From positions 1 through 28,473 of IMG/VR virus record IMGVR_UViG_3300009058_000007: DNA of 28,473 nt. The stretch is one strand, 5' to 3'. The position numbers were made by a program, and so were the translations under genes. The notes beneath the pieces are model-generated. The model searched no databases and was not told where the DNA came from. It saw only the letters and a program-made list of their open reading frames with translations. Shown piece after piece: positions 19,701 through 26,984 of the stretch. This DNA comes from a virus. Its lineage: Duplodnaviria > Caudoviricetes. How positions within the stretch are numbered: position 1 is the stretch's first letter; each line of letters begins with the position of its first letter.

Positions 19701-20304
19701 TTAAGCTAGTTCTTTCAGCTCCAGTAATAATTTGACCAGATCCAGCGTTTGTTACGTCGCTAAACTCAGTAACAGAATCATCTGAAAAATCTTGATCGTA
19801 TAGTGCTGAATAATTTGATACAAAAAATTCATCATTAGGTGTTAAATTACCGTTAGTACCTCTGGGTGTTACAGTTAATTTTTTATAAGCACCACCGTCA
19901 TGATCTACTACAGCTGTAACTTCATAAATACCAAATTGATTTATATTATCTCTTTTTGATATTTTAATAAAATCATCATTAGCGTTATTTAAATACTCAG
20001 CTATACTTAAACCTGATTTATCTAATACAGATATGTATATTTGATTTACAGCGCTAAAAGCCGCTTGAGTAGCAGAACCTGCATTTAAATTAATTATACC
20101 CTGTGGAGTTGTACTTCCAGCTTCATAACTTTTAAATGCGAATGACCCACCGTCAACTCTGTCAACTAAGTCCTCTTCATTGACTAAGCCTATCATTGAA
20201 TTAATAGAATAATTCTTAGTAGCACCAGTAGCACTGTCTGTACCTAATACCTTGTCTAGCTTATTTAAAGTGCCGTCTTGACCGTATGATGATATTCTAG
20301 CCAT
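16738..20304 (-). CDS. Long tail fibre/hub protein
   Basis: 1188 aa; PLSAAQGKVLK, LDSLQEVVDYI, GKGLS.NDFT, AEVNVQANW repeats, GDLTVSGTTTTVN, four GVYQ-containing ~70-aa domains, VTSVNG and a C-terminal LTLPASP..GD...GW domain. Confidence 0.85.
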   Translation of the reverse strand: MARISSYGQDGTLNKLDKVLGTDSATGATKNYSINSMIGLVNEEDLVDRVDGGSFAFKSYEAGSTTPQGIINLNAGSATQAAFSAVNQIYISVLDKSGLSIAEYLNNANDDFIKISKRDNINQFGIYEVTAVVDHDGGAYKKLTVTPRGTNGNLTPNDEFFVSNYSALYDQDFSDDSVTEFSDVTNAGSGQIITGAERTSLTNFTDNGLIHADVVNNVTSTAVDVPLSAAQGKVLKDLIDAINTLLTSDNTNLDSLQEVVDYIETNRTDLDNLGISNITGLQTALDSKQNTEAGKGLSANDFTTILKSKLAGIAENAEVNVNADWTASTGDSQILNKPTDLTNLSTHDVTELRDVTSAGSGAIITGAERTKLIGIEIGAEVNVQANWNESDSASDAFIQNKPSLAPNNAEQNVQANWNESDNTSDAFIQNKPTIPVDTNTTYDLTVQDSGDNAIIRLTDSSSANDDVTIVAGNNVTLTPNSSNLTIDIDLSTGAVADGVTTLTTGDQVFDYLANFARTDVEETFSNNVIIQGDLTVSGTTTTVNTTELNIGDSLITLNSDLDSSTAPSENSGIEINRGSASDAALIWNESTDKWQISSDSSTYNDISIVDTVSDLSDTSISGLANDQILKYNSTTARWENQADAGGIQLTNLSVGAEETASGDGGINYSNTTGVFTYTPPDLSTYLTSAIDGSGTPGVLPKMSDSDTITDSVISELGQVVNIDTTGAIRVPDGNTSARPTGVNGMFRYNTDDNQFEGYTDGAWGAIAGSGGGSGEIVKQTFSATGAASFSLSDTIVDIDNVNVYVSGVYQYPSNYTVSGNTVTFNPSSIPASGTNNVHIRHNVTATTLTEGAAFSTSGSLVGDGSTTTFALGGSPRSSDHTMVFLEGVYQEKENYSIAGSNITFTTAPPNGYSVEVKYVTGVLDLTNVGEVILDELTGDGTASYALSATPQSENYTNVYIEGVYQEKGTYTVSGANITFSSNVPTGYSIEVSTMRTIASSSVTQTTFVTDTFTANGSTNNFTLVNGSPSSKSLTMVFIQGVYQAKSNYNLVSGEIQFTAGTPSINDIIEVISISAINMAGSPVTSVNGEVGAVTVASKHNVSVINASATAVANTLYVLTANLNLTLPASPAMGDSIKISNRSGVATCQLLRNGNNILGAATDLTLDTASASFELVYTDATNGWIIIGQ
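17070..17985 (-). repeat. Four tandem ~70-aa beta domains in the fibre (approximate bounds)
   Basis: Consensus (G/A)xGxxxx(F/Y)xL...V(Y/F)xxGVYQxxxxYxxxGxxxxF...P...(V/I)E(V), occurring four times. Confidence 0.85.
19010..19161. repeat. Imperfect direct repeat with 90-nt period within the fibre gene
   Basis: ggtttattttgtataaa..gcatca...tctgattcattcca.tt.gcttgaacgtt at 19010 and 19100, encoding NVQANWNESDxxSDAFIQNKP twice. Confidence 0.9.
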
Positions 20305-20754
20305 TTATAATTTTTCTTTGTTAAATTTATCTATTGCGTTTGCATATACTTTATCAACATAAGTAGATCGTTTTCCAATCTTACTTCTTTTAGCTGATAT
20401 AGGCATATCTTCTTTACCAATCAATATTTTATATATTCTATTGATTAGCCGTTTGCCTTTCATAGATACTTTATATTTATTATGATCGCCTAAGCGTCCA
20501 TTTCCTTTATGTATTTTTTCTACCCAACCTTCTCGTTGAATTCTATAAAAGCGTTGCCGATCCCAATGATAATACATAGTACCGTTTTGAAAATCTTTTA
20601 TAGTAAAGTATTTAATAGGATCTAAATAAAATAACAATTCTAAATCTGATATAGTTATATCGTTTTCTTTGCAAGCCCATCTTGATACGAGCCTATAATA
20701 TTTAAGAAAGTCAACTTTTAATTCACCTCTTTCTAAAAAATCGCCCCTATCCAT
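20305..20754 (-). CDS. Winged-helix (MarR-like) DNA-binding protein
   Basis: ITISDLELLFYL...F.RIQREGWVEK...KYKVSMKGKRLI fits a wHTH wing and helix pattern. Confidence 0.55.
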   Translation of the reverse strand: MDRGDFLERGELKVDFLKYYRLVSRWACKENDITISDLELLFYLDPIKYFTIKDFQNGTMYYHWDRQRFYRIQREGWVEKIHKGNGRLGDHNKYKVSMKGKRLINRIYKILIGKEDMPISAKRSKIGKRSTYVDKVYANAIDKFNKEKL

Positions 20755-21014
20755 TATAATACAATTATAACGTCTTGCTCTTGTATAACTTTATATATAT
20801 CTTTACCAATTTCTATATTATGGCCAGCATGTCTGTCGTAATATATCTTGTCATTTTCATTTATACCTTTGATAGCCGCACCTACAGACTTTACATCTGC
20901 GGTACGGTATCTTATATCTTCTCGATGGTTCTCAGCCAATAATAAGCCACCATCTGTCTTTTTAATATCTTCCTTAATTTCGGATATGATAATATATCTA
21001 CCTATTGCCTTCAC
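20754..21014 (-). CDS. groES: Co-chaperonin GroES
   Basis: MKAIGRYIII, mobile loop KTDGGLLL, V.SVG, D.IYY and VIQEQDVI. Confidence 0.9.
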   Translation of the reverse strand: MKAIGRYIIISEIKEDIKKTDGGLLLAENHREDIRYRTADVKSVGAAIKGINENDKIYYDRHAGHNIEIGKDIYKVIQEQDVIIVL

Positions 21015-22596
21015 CTTCTCGTACGTTTGAAATTACACAATCAGTTGATAATATTGTAGTAGCTACAGATACTGCATTTAAAAGTGCAGACTTAGTAACT
21101 AATACTGGATCGATAATACCTGCTTTACGCATATCTTTAATCTCACCGTCTATAACATCAACCCCATTACCCCATTTACCTATCTTAGAATAGTCTTTAG
21201 GGTTTAAACCTGCATTACTTAATATGCGTAGAAACGGTGCGTATAACGCAGCCTTAAGTATCTCTACACCTTTAAGCTCGCCTGCATTCAGATTCATTTC
21301 CCAATCGGAGTTAGCTATGTGCACTAATGCACTTCCGCCTCCTGGTAAAATACCTTCTTTCTTTGCGGCACGCACGGCATGTATAGCATCATCAACACGA
21401 TCTTTCTTTTCAGAAACCTCAACGTCTGTATCGCCACCTACATATACAATAGATACACCGCCATTTAATATGGCTAGTCTATTTTCAATATGCGGTCGCA
21501 TTACATGATGCTCTTCACTTTCAAGTTGTTCACGTAAGTAATCAACTCTTTCTTGTACTTCAGCTGGTACTTCTTTAATTGCAATAGTAGTACCATCATT
21601 ATCTATAATAGCCTTATCGGCTGATCCTAGCACTTCTGGGGTGATGTTGTCAAGCGAGTCTCCTAAGTTCTCATCAATAACAGTAGCACCCGTTAGAAGG
21701 GCAATGTCATCAAGTATATCCTTTCGCTTTAGTCCGAACGAAGGAGGATCAATGATATTGCACTTAATATTGCCTTTTACGTGGTTCATCGCAAGAGCTG
21801 ATACAACCTGCTGATCGCAAGGGGCAATGAGTAATAACGACTTATTGGACTTAATCGCATACTCTAGTATTGTTTGTATACGCCTAACGTTGGCTACTTC
21901 AGACGCACATAAAAAAACGAGTGGCTTATCTAGCTCACTCAATTCTTTTTCTCTATTAGTATAGAAATGTATACTCTTCGATGTAGAATTTATATGTGTA
22001 CCATCTACTACATCTATGTATGTTTCATTAGACGGAGAAGTTTCCATTGTAACAACTCCGTTATCTCCAGCTGCTATAAAAGCATCTGCTATAAAATCAC
22101 CAAGCTCTGCATCATTATTTGCAGATATTCTTGATACTTGGTTTAATCTTTTGTCATCAACTGCAATTCCTTTTTTATCAAGGCTGCTTACCACATGCTT
22201 GCTAAAATTCGTAATACCACTTTTAATATCTCTAAAAGAATAGTCTTCGCCTTTTTGTAAGAAGTAATTGTGAATGAGCGCTTGAGCAAGTACCGTAGAG
22301 GTTGTTGTCCCATCTCCTGCTTTTGATGCTGTTTGTCGAGAAGCCTGCTTTAACATAGTAACACCTAGGTTTTCAACCGGATCTTCTAAGTTAATATAAT
22401 TTGCTACGGTAACACCATCTTTAGTAACGTGTGGGTTACCAAAGTCATCTTCAAGAACTACTGTTCTTCCTGAAGCCCCAAGTGTTGAACCTACAGCTTC
22501 TGCTAGTTTATCTATGCCTGCGATTAGTTTATCTTTAGCTTCTTCTTTAAAGCTTAATTCTTTAACTATCTTCGGCCCTCCAAATTGTATTGCCAT
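20998..22596 (-). CDS. groEL: Chaperonin GroEL
   Basis: TLGASGR.V, VTKDGVTVA, AGDGTTT, EKKDRVDDA..A..AA..EGILPGGG and GIIDP..VTK.AL; there is no C-terminal GGM tail. Confidence 0.97.
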   Translation of the reverse strand: MAIQFGGPKIVKELSFKEEAKDKLIAGIDKLAEAVGSTLGASGRTVVLEDDFGNPHVTKDGVTVANYINLEDPVENLGVTMLKQASRQTASKAGDGTTTSTVLAQALIHNYFLQKGEDYSFRDIKSGITNFSKHVVSSLDKKGIAVDDKRLNQVSRISANNDAELGDFIADAFIAAGDNGVVTMETSPSNETYIDVVDGTHINSTSKSIHFYTNREKELSELDKPLVFLCASEVANVRRIQTILEYAIKSNKSLLLIAPCDQQVVSALAMNHVKGNIKCNIIDPPSFGLKRKDILDDIALLTGATVIDENLGDSLDNITPEVLGSADKAIIDNDGTTIAIKEVPAEVQERVDYLREQLESEEHHVMRPHIENRLAILNGGVSIVYVGGDTDVEVSEKKDRVDDAIHAVRAAKKEGILPGGGSALVHIANSDWEMNLNAGELKGVEILKAALYAPFLRILSNAGLNPKDYSKIGKWGNGVDVIDGEIKDMRKAGIIDPVLVTKSALLNAVSVATTILSTDCVISNVREGEGNR

Positions 22597-22625
22597 TTAA
22601 TTTAATTTAATTGATATAATTTATA

Positions 22626-23012
22626 TTAGCAGTTCCATTTACGGCGTGCTGCTCTACCACGCTCTGATGTCCAGCTTTTACTTCTGGCACAAAATGCTTT
22701 ACGACGTTTAGCCGCTTTGCTTCCTTTCTTAAGTTTAGACGGCGGAGTTGTTACTGCTGTCTTTAGCTTAGAGCCTGGATTATCTTTGCGATACTTAGCA
22801 ACACCTTTAGCAGTCATGCCACCTCCAGCCTTGCCGCCAGTCCCGCTTCCCTTCTTTACTTTAGCATAATAGCCTTTTGACTTTTTGCGAGAAGGAGCTT
22901 TACGCTTTTTTCTACTCAGCGGGGAGCCATCACAACCACAGCTTGATTCGCACCCACAGCTTTGTTTTGTTTTATTAAATACAGTTTTCACTGTTGTTCC
23001 TTTAGTTCCCAT
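22626..23012 (-). CDS. Small highly basic protein
   Basis: 128 aa, Lys/Arg-rich; CGCESSCGC cluster; GGMTAKGVAKYR..NPGSKLKTAVT...RRKAFCAR...RRKWNC. Confidence 0.8.
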   Translation of the reverse strand: MGTKGTTVKTVFNKTKQSCGCESSCGCDGSPLSRKKRKAPSRKKSKGYYAKVKKGSGTGGKAGGGMTAKGVAKYRKDNPGSKLKTAVTTPPSKLKKGSKAAKRRKAFCARSKSWTSERGRAARRKWNC

Positions 23013-23251
23013 TATGCTGTATTGTATTTTTTAGTTCCTTTACCGTGACCACCCCTGTTTATTTTAACAGAGACAAACTTACCCTTGTTATGATCCCAAT
23101 CTTTACCTTTTATATTTATCCCCTTCTTAAGTGCCGAGCGTCTTTTCTTTTGATTCTCCGCCTTCATAGCTCTACGCCGGGGAGTTTTAGCATATGCAAG
23201 GTCACGGGCCGCTTTTTTCTTACGAGCCGCAGGAGATAATTTTTGTGGCAT
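23012..23251 (-). CDS. Small highly basic protein (possible degenerate HNH-like)
   Basis: 79 aa; GKDWDH......S...NRG; TAATG-coupled at both ends. Confidence 0.7.
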   Translation of the reverse strand: MPQKLSPAARKKKAARDLAYAKTPRRRAMKAENQKKRRSALKKGINIKGKDWDHNKGKFVSVKINRGGHGKGTKKYNTA

Positions 23252-23355
23252 TAAGGTCTTGGAGTAAGATCTGTTCCCGGTGCTACTTTAGGCGCAGCTG
23301 GTTTTGGAGCTGGTTTATCTTTTTTTATTTCTTTTACTTTTTTATCTTCTGACAT
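23251..23355 (-). CDS. 34-aa Lys/Pro-rich microprotein
   Basis: Not in the track: MSEDKKVKEIKKDKPAPKPAAPKVAPGTDLTPRP; fills the gap, with a TAATG overlap. Confidence 0.65.
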   Translation of the reverse strand: MSEDKKVKEIKKDKPAPKPAAPKVAPGTDLTPRP

Positions 23356-23359
23356 AATA

Positions 23360-23596
23360 TTATTTTTTATATGGTTTTGACATACCTCCGCAGAATCTAC
23401 TTAGCGGGGCGTTTTTAATTGCCTTCTGTAGATGCTCTGGCAGTTGATCTTGGTCACCTTTTAGTGGTCTCGTTGTTGGAGCAGGCTTAAAGTTATCTGG
23501 CTTAGCATAAGCAGACTTCCTTGGATAAGGTGATTGGAATCGCATAGCCATGCTTTGTGATGGCATTTCGTCGTCTCTTCTATCTATGTTTGGCAT
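23360..23596 (-). CDS. Small hypothetical protein
   Basis: ATG at 23596 (TGATG overlap); contains GDQDQLPEHLQKAI and APLSRF. Confidence 0.7.
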   Translation of the reverse strand: MPNIDRRDDEMPSQSMAMRFQSPYPRKSAYAKPDNFKPAPTTRPLKGDQDQLPEHLQKAIKNAPLSRFCGGMSKPYKK

Positions 23597-23706
23597 CACT
23601 TCTTAGTTTTATAAGTCATTCTTTTAATTGGCCCACTTTTTGCAGTAGAGCGCCCACCCATCTTTTTAATAACAGCAGGTATTACAGTTGTTCCTTTCTT
23701 TCCCAT
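23596..23706 (-). CDS. 36-aa basic microprotein
   Basis: Not in the track: MGKKGTTVIPAVIKKMGGRSTAKSGPIKRMTYKTKK; fills the gap between neighbours. Confidence 0.65.
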   Translation of the reverse strand: MGKKGTTVIPAVIKKMGGRSTAKSGPIKRMTYKTKK

Positions 23707-23708
23707 GA

Positions 23709-23972
23709 TTATTTCTTTTTACGTTTCTTTCTTATACTTGAGGTACGTTTACCCATACCAGTTCTTTTCTTTTCAGCTACAGCCTTCTTTTTCTCAGCTG
23801 AGCTCATTTGACCCCAAGTAACTGGAGTACCCGATGATATTCTAACCGAAGGTCTACACTTCTTTGTTTTCTTATTCTTAGCAGAACCACAAGGATTGCC
23901 TTTTTCGTCGGTCCACTTTTCTTTAAACCACCGTTTAAGATTTGCTCCTTTCTTTGTTTTACGTACTGCCAT
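23709..23972 (-). CDS. Small highly basic protein
   Basis: ATG at 23972; MAVRKTKKGANLKRWFKEKW....G.PCG...KCRPS.R.S..TP.T. Confidence 0.8.
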   Translation of the reverse strand: MAVRKTKKGANLKRWFKEKWTDEKGNPCGSAKNKKTKKCRPSVRISSGTPVTWGQMSSAEKKKAVAEKKRTGMGKRTSSIRKKRKKK

Positions 23973-23977
23973 GTTTT

Positions 23978-24637
23978 TTACCAAGTTTCTTGATATAATG
24001 CCGTAACTTCTGCGGCACTAACTGCTCTATTAAATACTCTTAAATTAACTAGTTTAGTTCTAGGAGCATCTTGCCCTTGTGAAAAAGAAGCTAGACTGGT
24101 TATATTAAGAGTTCCACCATTTCTGGTCATTGTGCCACCTAAGCTACCATCTATATAAACCTTAGTTTGGTTAGATCCGTTATAACTTACTACTAGATGA
24201 TGCCATGTACCTGTAGACATATTTCCTATTCCTGTAGAAGTGGCACCCACTGCATCAAACAACCAAACTCCATTATAAGATTCTCTTTCTATATCTAAAG
24301 AAAGTATTAGCGTGTCATCTGCATGACGTGCAGTTTGATACACCCAAAAAGATTCAGTTCTTTTTGTTGTTGGTAGACTTGTTGTAAAAGCCCCACTATT
24401 TGATGTTGATCCTGATCCCGTAGGAGCAAAGCTCTGTGTTCCGAATCTTACAATACTGGTAGTATAACCTTCAGCGGGTGTACCGTCTGCAGGTGCAGTA
24501 GCATTATAATTGCCTGATTCATCATTTAAGTTTCCTTGAAATTTATACCAAGCTATACCACTTCCATCGCCAAAAAAATCTAAGCTGGCTGCGGCTGCCG
24601 CTGCTGGTACAAATAATTTTTTACCGTTTACACTCAT
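23978..24637 (-). CDS. LamG/ConA-like lectin protein
   Basis: AWYKFQGNLNDESGNYN, SFWV, TWHHLVVSY...YIDG and LRVFNRAVSAAEV.ALY. Confidence 0.8.
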   Translation of the reverse strand: MSVNGKKLFVPAAAAAASLDFFGDGSGIAWYKFQGNLNDESGNYNATAPADGTPAEGYTTSIVRFGTQSFAPTGSGSTSNSGAFTTSLPTTKRTESFWVYQTARHADDTLILSLDIERESYNGVWLFDAVGATSTGIGNMSTGTWHHLVVSYNGSNQTKVYIDGSLGGTMTRNGGTLNITSLASFSQGQDAPRTKLVNLRVFNRAVSAAEVTALYQETW

Positions 24638-24638
24638 A

Positions 24639-25103
24639 CTAATAAGTTATTAAGTATGACATAACTGAAGCTTTGGTTGTTTTACTATTTATTGATGCTT
24701 CATGAGCATCACACGCTGTTCTTACCGCTGCTCTACTATCTAGAGTCGCTTGATCTGTGGTATTGCCTAGTTCAGTATCTCTTACTATTATCCAATCAGT
24801 AGTCCTTAATATAGACCCCGCATCTGATTTAGCTGATGCTATTTGCTGAGCTTTTAACTCTGCAAGAGTTTCTTCCCATGTAATATCTACAATAGTGTGT
24901 ACAAACTGATTGTTATCTGAATCAAATGATATATCCCCTAGCTCCTGTATTGAATCATTATATTCTGGCGTAACCAAATTATAGAATCCATACTCTTGCA
25001 GTTCGATGTCTGATAGCAAATTGAATCCTCCAATTATGTTTCCATATGATTTGGGAACTGCTGGGAACGTTTTTATAGTTCTGTTATAATCTTTTGCTTT
25101 CAT
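24639..25103 (-). CDS. Putative fibre assembly chaperone
   Basis: GFYNLVTPEYN domain plus a C-terminal L..TDW.I.R...R.AVR pattern typical of tail-fibre assembly proteins. Confidence 0.65.
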   Translation of the reverse strand: MKAKDYNRTIKTFPAVPKSYGNIIGGFNLLSDIELQEYGFYNLVTPEYNDSIQELGDISFDSDNNQFVHTIVDITWEETLAELKAQQIASAKSDAGSILRTTDWIIVRDTELGNTTDQATLDSRAAVRTACDAHEASINSKTTKASVMSYLITY

Positions 25104-25104
25104 A

Positions 25105-25548
25105 TTATGGTGTTGTATCTGATGCTGATGTAGCTATTGTGTATGCAAATACTGCATTTACGCTATTATCATCTAAACACTCTACTTGTAGTACGTTAGG
25201 ATCGGAAGATCCATCGTAGTCGCCGCCAACTTTATGAAATGTAGAGCTGCTAGTAGCGTTGGATGTCAATGTTAATGTTTGAGCTCCTTGCAAAGCATAT
25301 ATAGTTAATACTTGCCCTGTTACAAATCCTGTAAAGTTTAATGTAGCTGCACTGGTTAACGATGCTTCCATTTTATATACAGCAGCAGCAGACCAGTCTA
25401 TATTTATAGTACCTGAGGTACTCGTAATACTAGCCGCATTCTTATAGCGGTTATGTAACTGGGTATGTCCTATGGAACTATCTACTAATTGTGTAGATCC
25501 AACTGAGTTATCCTCGAGTACGTCTGCTGTTACTTTTGTTAATGCCAT
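25105..25548 (-). CDS. Small fibre adaptor-like protein (MAxTK family, copy 3)
   Basis: MALTKV...IDWSAAAVY...TLNFTG..TG.V.T...N.LQV.C.DD. Confidence 0.6.
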   Translation of the reverse strand: MALTKVTADVLEDNSVGSTQLVDSSIGHTQLHNRYKNAASITSTSGTINIDWSAAAVYKMEASLTSAATLNFTGFVTGQVLTIYALQGAQTLTLTSNATSSSTFHKVGGDYDGSSDPNVLQVECLDDNSVNAVFAYTIATSASDTTP

Positions 25549-25549
25549 T

Positions 25550-25966
25550 TTATTTGTTCTTTAATTCCTTATAAGCCGCTTCTCTGTCATCAAAGTCCAA
25601 TGCTGCTTTAAGGATAATCTTATCCATTACATTATCTTGGTTCTCCAAAATAGTTTTCTGTAGATCGATGATCATATGCTCTAAGTTGTCCTTAGCAGCA
25701 ATGAGCTGTTCTATCTGATGGTTCTTTTTCTCTAAGTCTGATTTAAGCGCGTTCACATCATCTGGTTTACTTCCAGTGATCGTAGACACAACTAAACCTA
25801 TCGATGCTGATATTGTACCGATAAGCATCATTACTACTTCCTTATTAGTGTCTAATACTGGATACTTCATCAGTATAAAGATAATCGACATTATAAGTAA
25901 AAATATAAATAAGGAACCAACATAATGCCTGATCTCCTTAGCTACTCCATTTTTAGGTAACTTCAT
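25550..25966 (-). CDS. Membrane protein with two TM helices and a coiled coil
   Basis: Hydrophobic YVGSLFIFLLIMSIIFILM and VVMMLIGTISASIGLVVSTI, then a heptad-rich region. Confidence 0.75.
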   Translation of the reverse strand: MKLPKNGVAKEIRHYVGSLFIFLLIMSIIFILMKYPVLDTNKEVVMMLIGTISASIGLVVSTITGSKPDDVNALKSDLEKKNHQIEQLIAAKDNLEHMIIDLQKTILENQDNVMDKIILKAALDFDDREAAYKELKNK

Positions 25967-26104
25967 TTATCTATTCTTTTTGCGGCACTTAGCAATAGCA
26001 CCAGATGCGTAAGCACTAGGGAATACCTTGTACTGTCTCTTTACCTTGTAATAGCACGAGTCTTTCTTTAGTAAAGGTGATACTGTGTGTTTTTGCTTTG
26101 CCAT
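25967..26104 (-). CDS. 45-aa basic protein
   Basis: Not in the track: MAKQKHTVSPLLKKDSCYYKVKRQYKVFPSAYASGAIAKCRKKNR; abuts the next gene. Confidence 0.8.
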   Translation of the reverse strand: MAKQKHTVSPLLKKDSCYYKVKRQYKVFPSAYASGAIAKCRKKNR

Positions 26105-26148
26105 ATTAATTAGTTTATCAATGTTCTAATTAAATTTAATAGTAGTAA

Positions 26149-26391
26149 TTATTTCTTCTTCTTTTTAGCAGCATCTAAGAATCCTCTCTCATACTCTAAC
26201 TGCTTCTCCATATCTAATATGCGATCTTCCAGATCGTTTATAACACGGATCTTCTTATCCAATCTCTCATGAACAGTAGTTAACTCATTCTTTATAGCAG
26301 TAAACTCCGCAAAGATACCACCAGCCGTAAATACAGCAACCAAGAACGATAACACCACTGACATATTGTTCTTTATAAACGTATCCGGCAT
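26149..26391 (-). CDS. Single-TM coiled-coil protein
   Basis: VVLSFLVAVFTAGGIFAEF then a coiled coil and a poly-Lys end; first gene of the late cluster. Confidence 0.7.
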   Translation of the reverse strand: MPDTFIKNNMSVVLSFLVAVFTAGGIFAEFTAIKNELTTVHERLDKKIRVINDLEDRILDMEKQLEYERGFLDAAKKKKK

Positions 26392-26984
26392 ATCAATTTA
26401 TTTTAATTAGTTGTAGAGAAGTAATGTGTTACGTTACGTTATTAGCAATAAAAACGTATATTTAAAGCCATATTCGCAACGTATGCCCCCTATTGTTACA
26501 TACTTTGCAGTGTTTGTATGTATTTGCTGCATTATTGTCAATGTACTTACTTAATTTGTACATTTGTGTATACCGCATTGTAATATACTCAGTTAATGCA
26601 CACATTCATTGTATATAATGCAACATATATACATTGTACTTATTATATTAGTGAATAATTCTAGTTATATTCGCAGTTAATACAATTGTCTTATATCTGT
26701 TTGCATTATTATTATTGTTTAATATGTTTTATCACATTATATTCAATAATACTTAAGTTTATTACTTATATAGTATATATTACATAAAAGTTTAAAAAGG
26801 TATATTTTTGTATTATTTCTTTAATAAAATACGTTACAAATCACATTATGATGTGATAATATATATGTAAGTAACAAAGTAACAGTCTTACGGAGTTTTA
26901 TAAAAGTGATTGCCTCTTGAATATTAATCATTGACCCTTAACCGGGAATAACTAAATAAAGTCCTAGAAATAGGCATTAAAATT
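26392..26984. other. Non-coding, very AT-rich divergence region between late (-) and early (+) genes
   Basis: No ORF in the track; the coding strand switches across it. Confidence 0.8.
26825..26867 (+). promoter_or_regulatory. Conserved phage early promoter, copy 1
   Basis: TAAAATACGTTACAAA-N12-GTGATAATATATATG. Confidence 0.8.

Noticed and set aside
22596-22615. (TTAAA)n run upstream of groEL as a specific late promoter
   Set aside because: It cannot be distinguished from the generic A/T-rich translation leaders of this genome.
474-23811. Plus-strand ORFs in the track opposite late genes (474, 1123, 2880, 6545, 6806, 7855, 9159, 9663, 13780, 16374, 16898, 17968, 18842, 20848, 21005, 21224, 22016, 23045, 23557)
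   Set aside because: They are short antisense shadows of well-supported genes, with no motifs or convincing leaders.
26392-26984. tRNA genes in the non-coding region
   Set aside because: No cloverleaf or T-loop GTTCRA pattern was seen.
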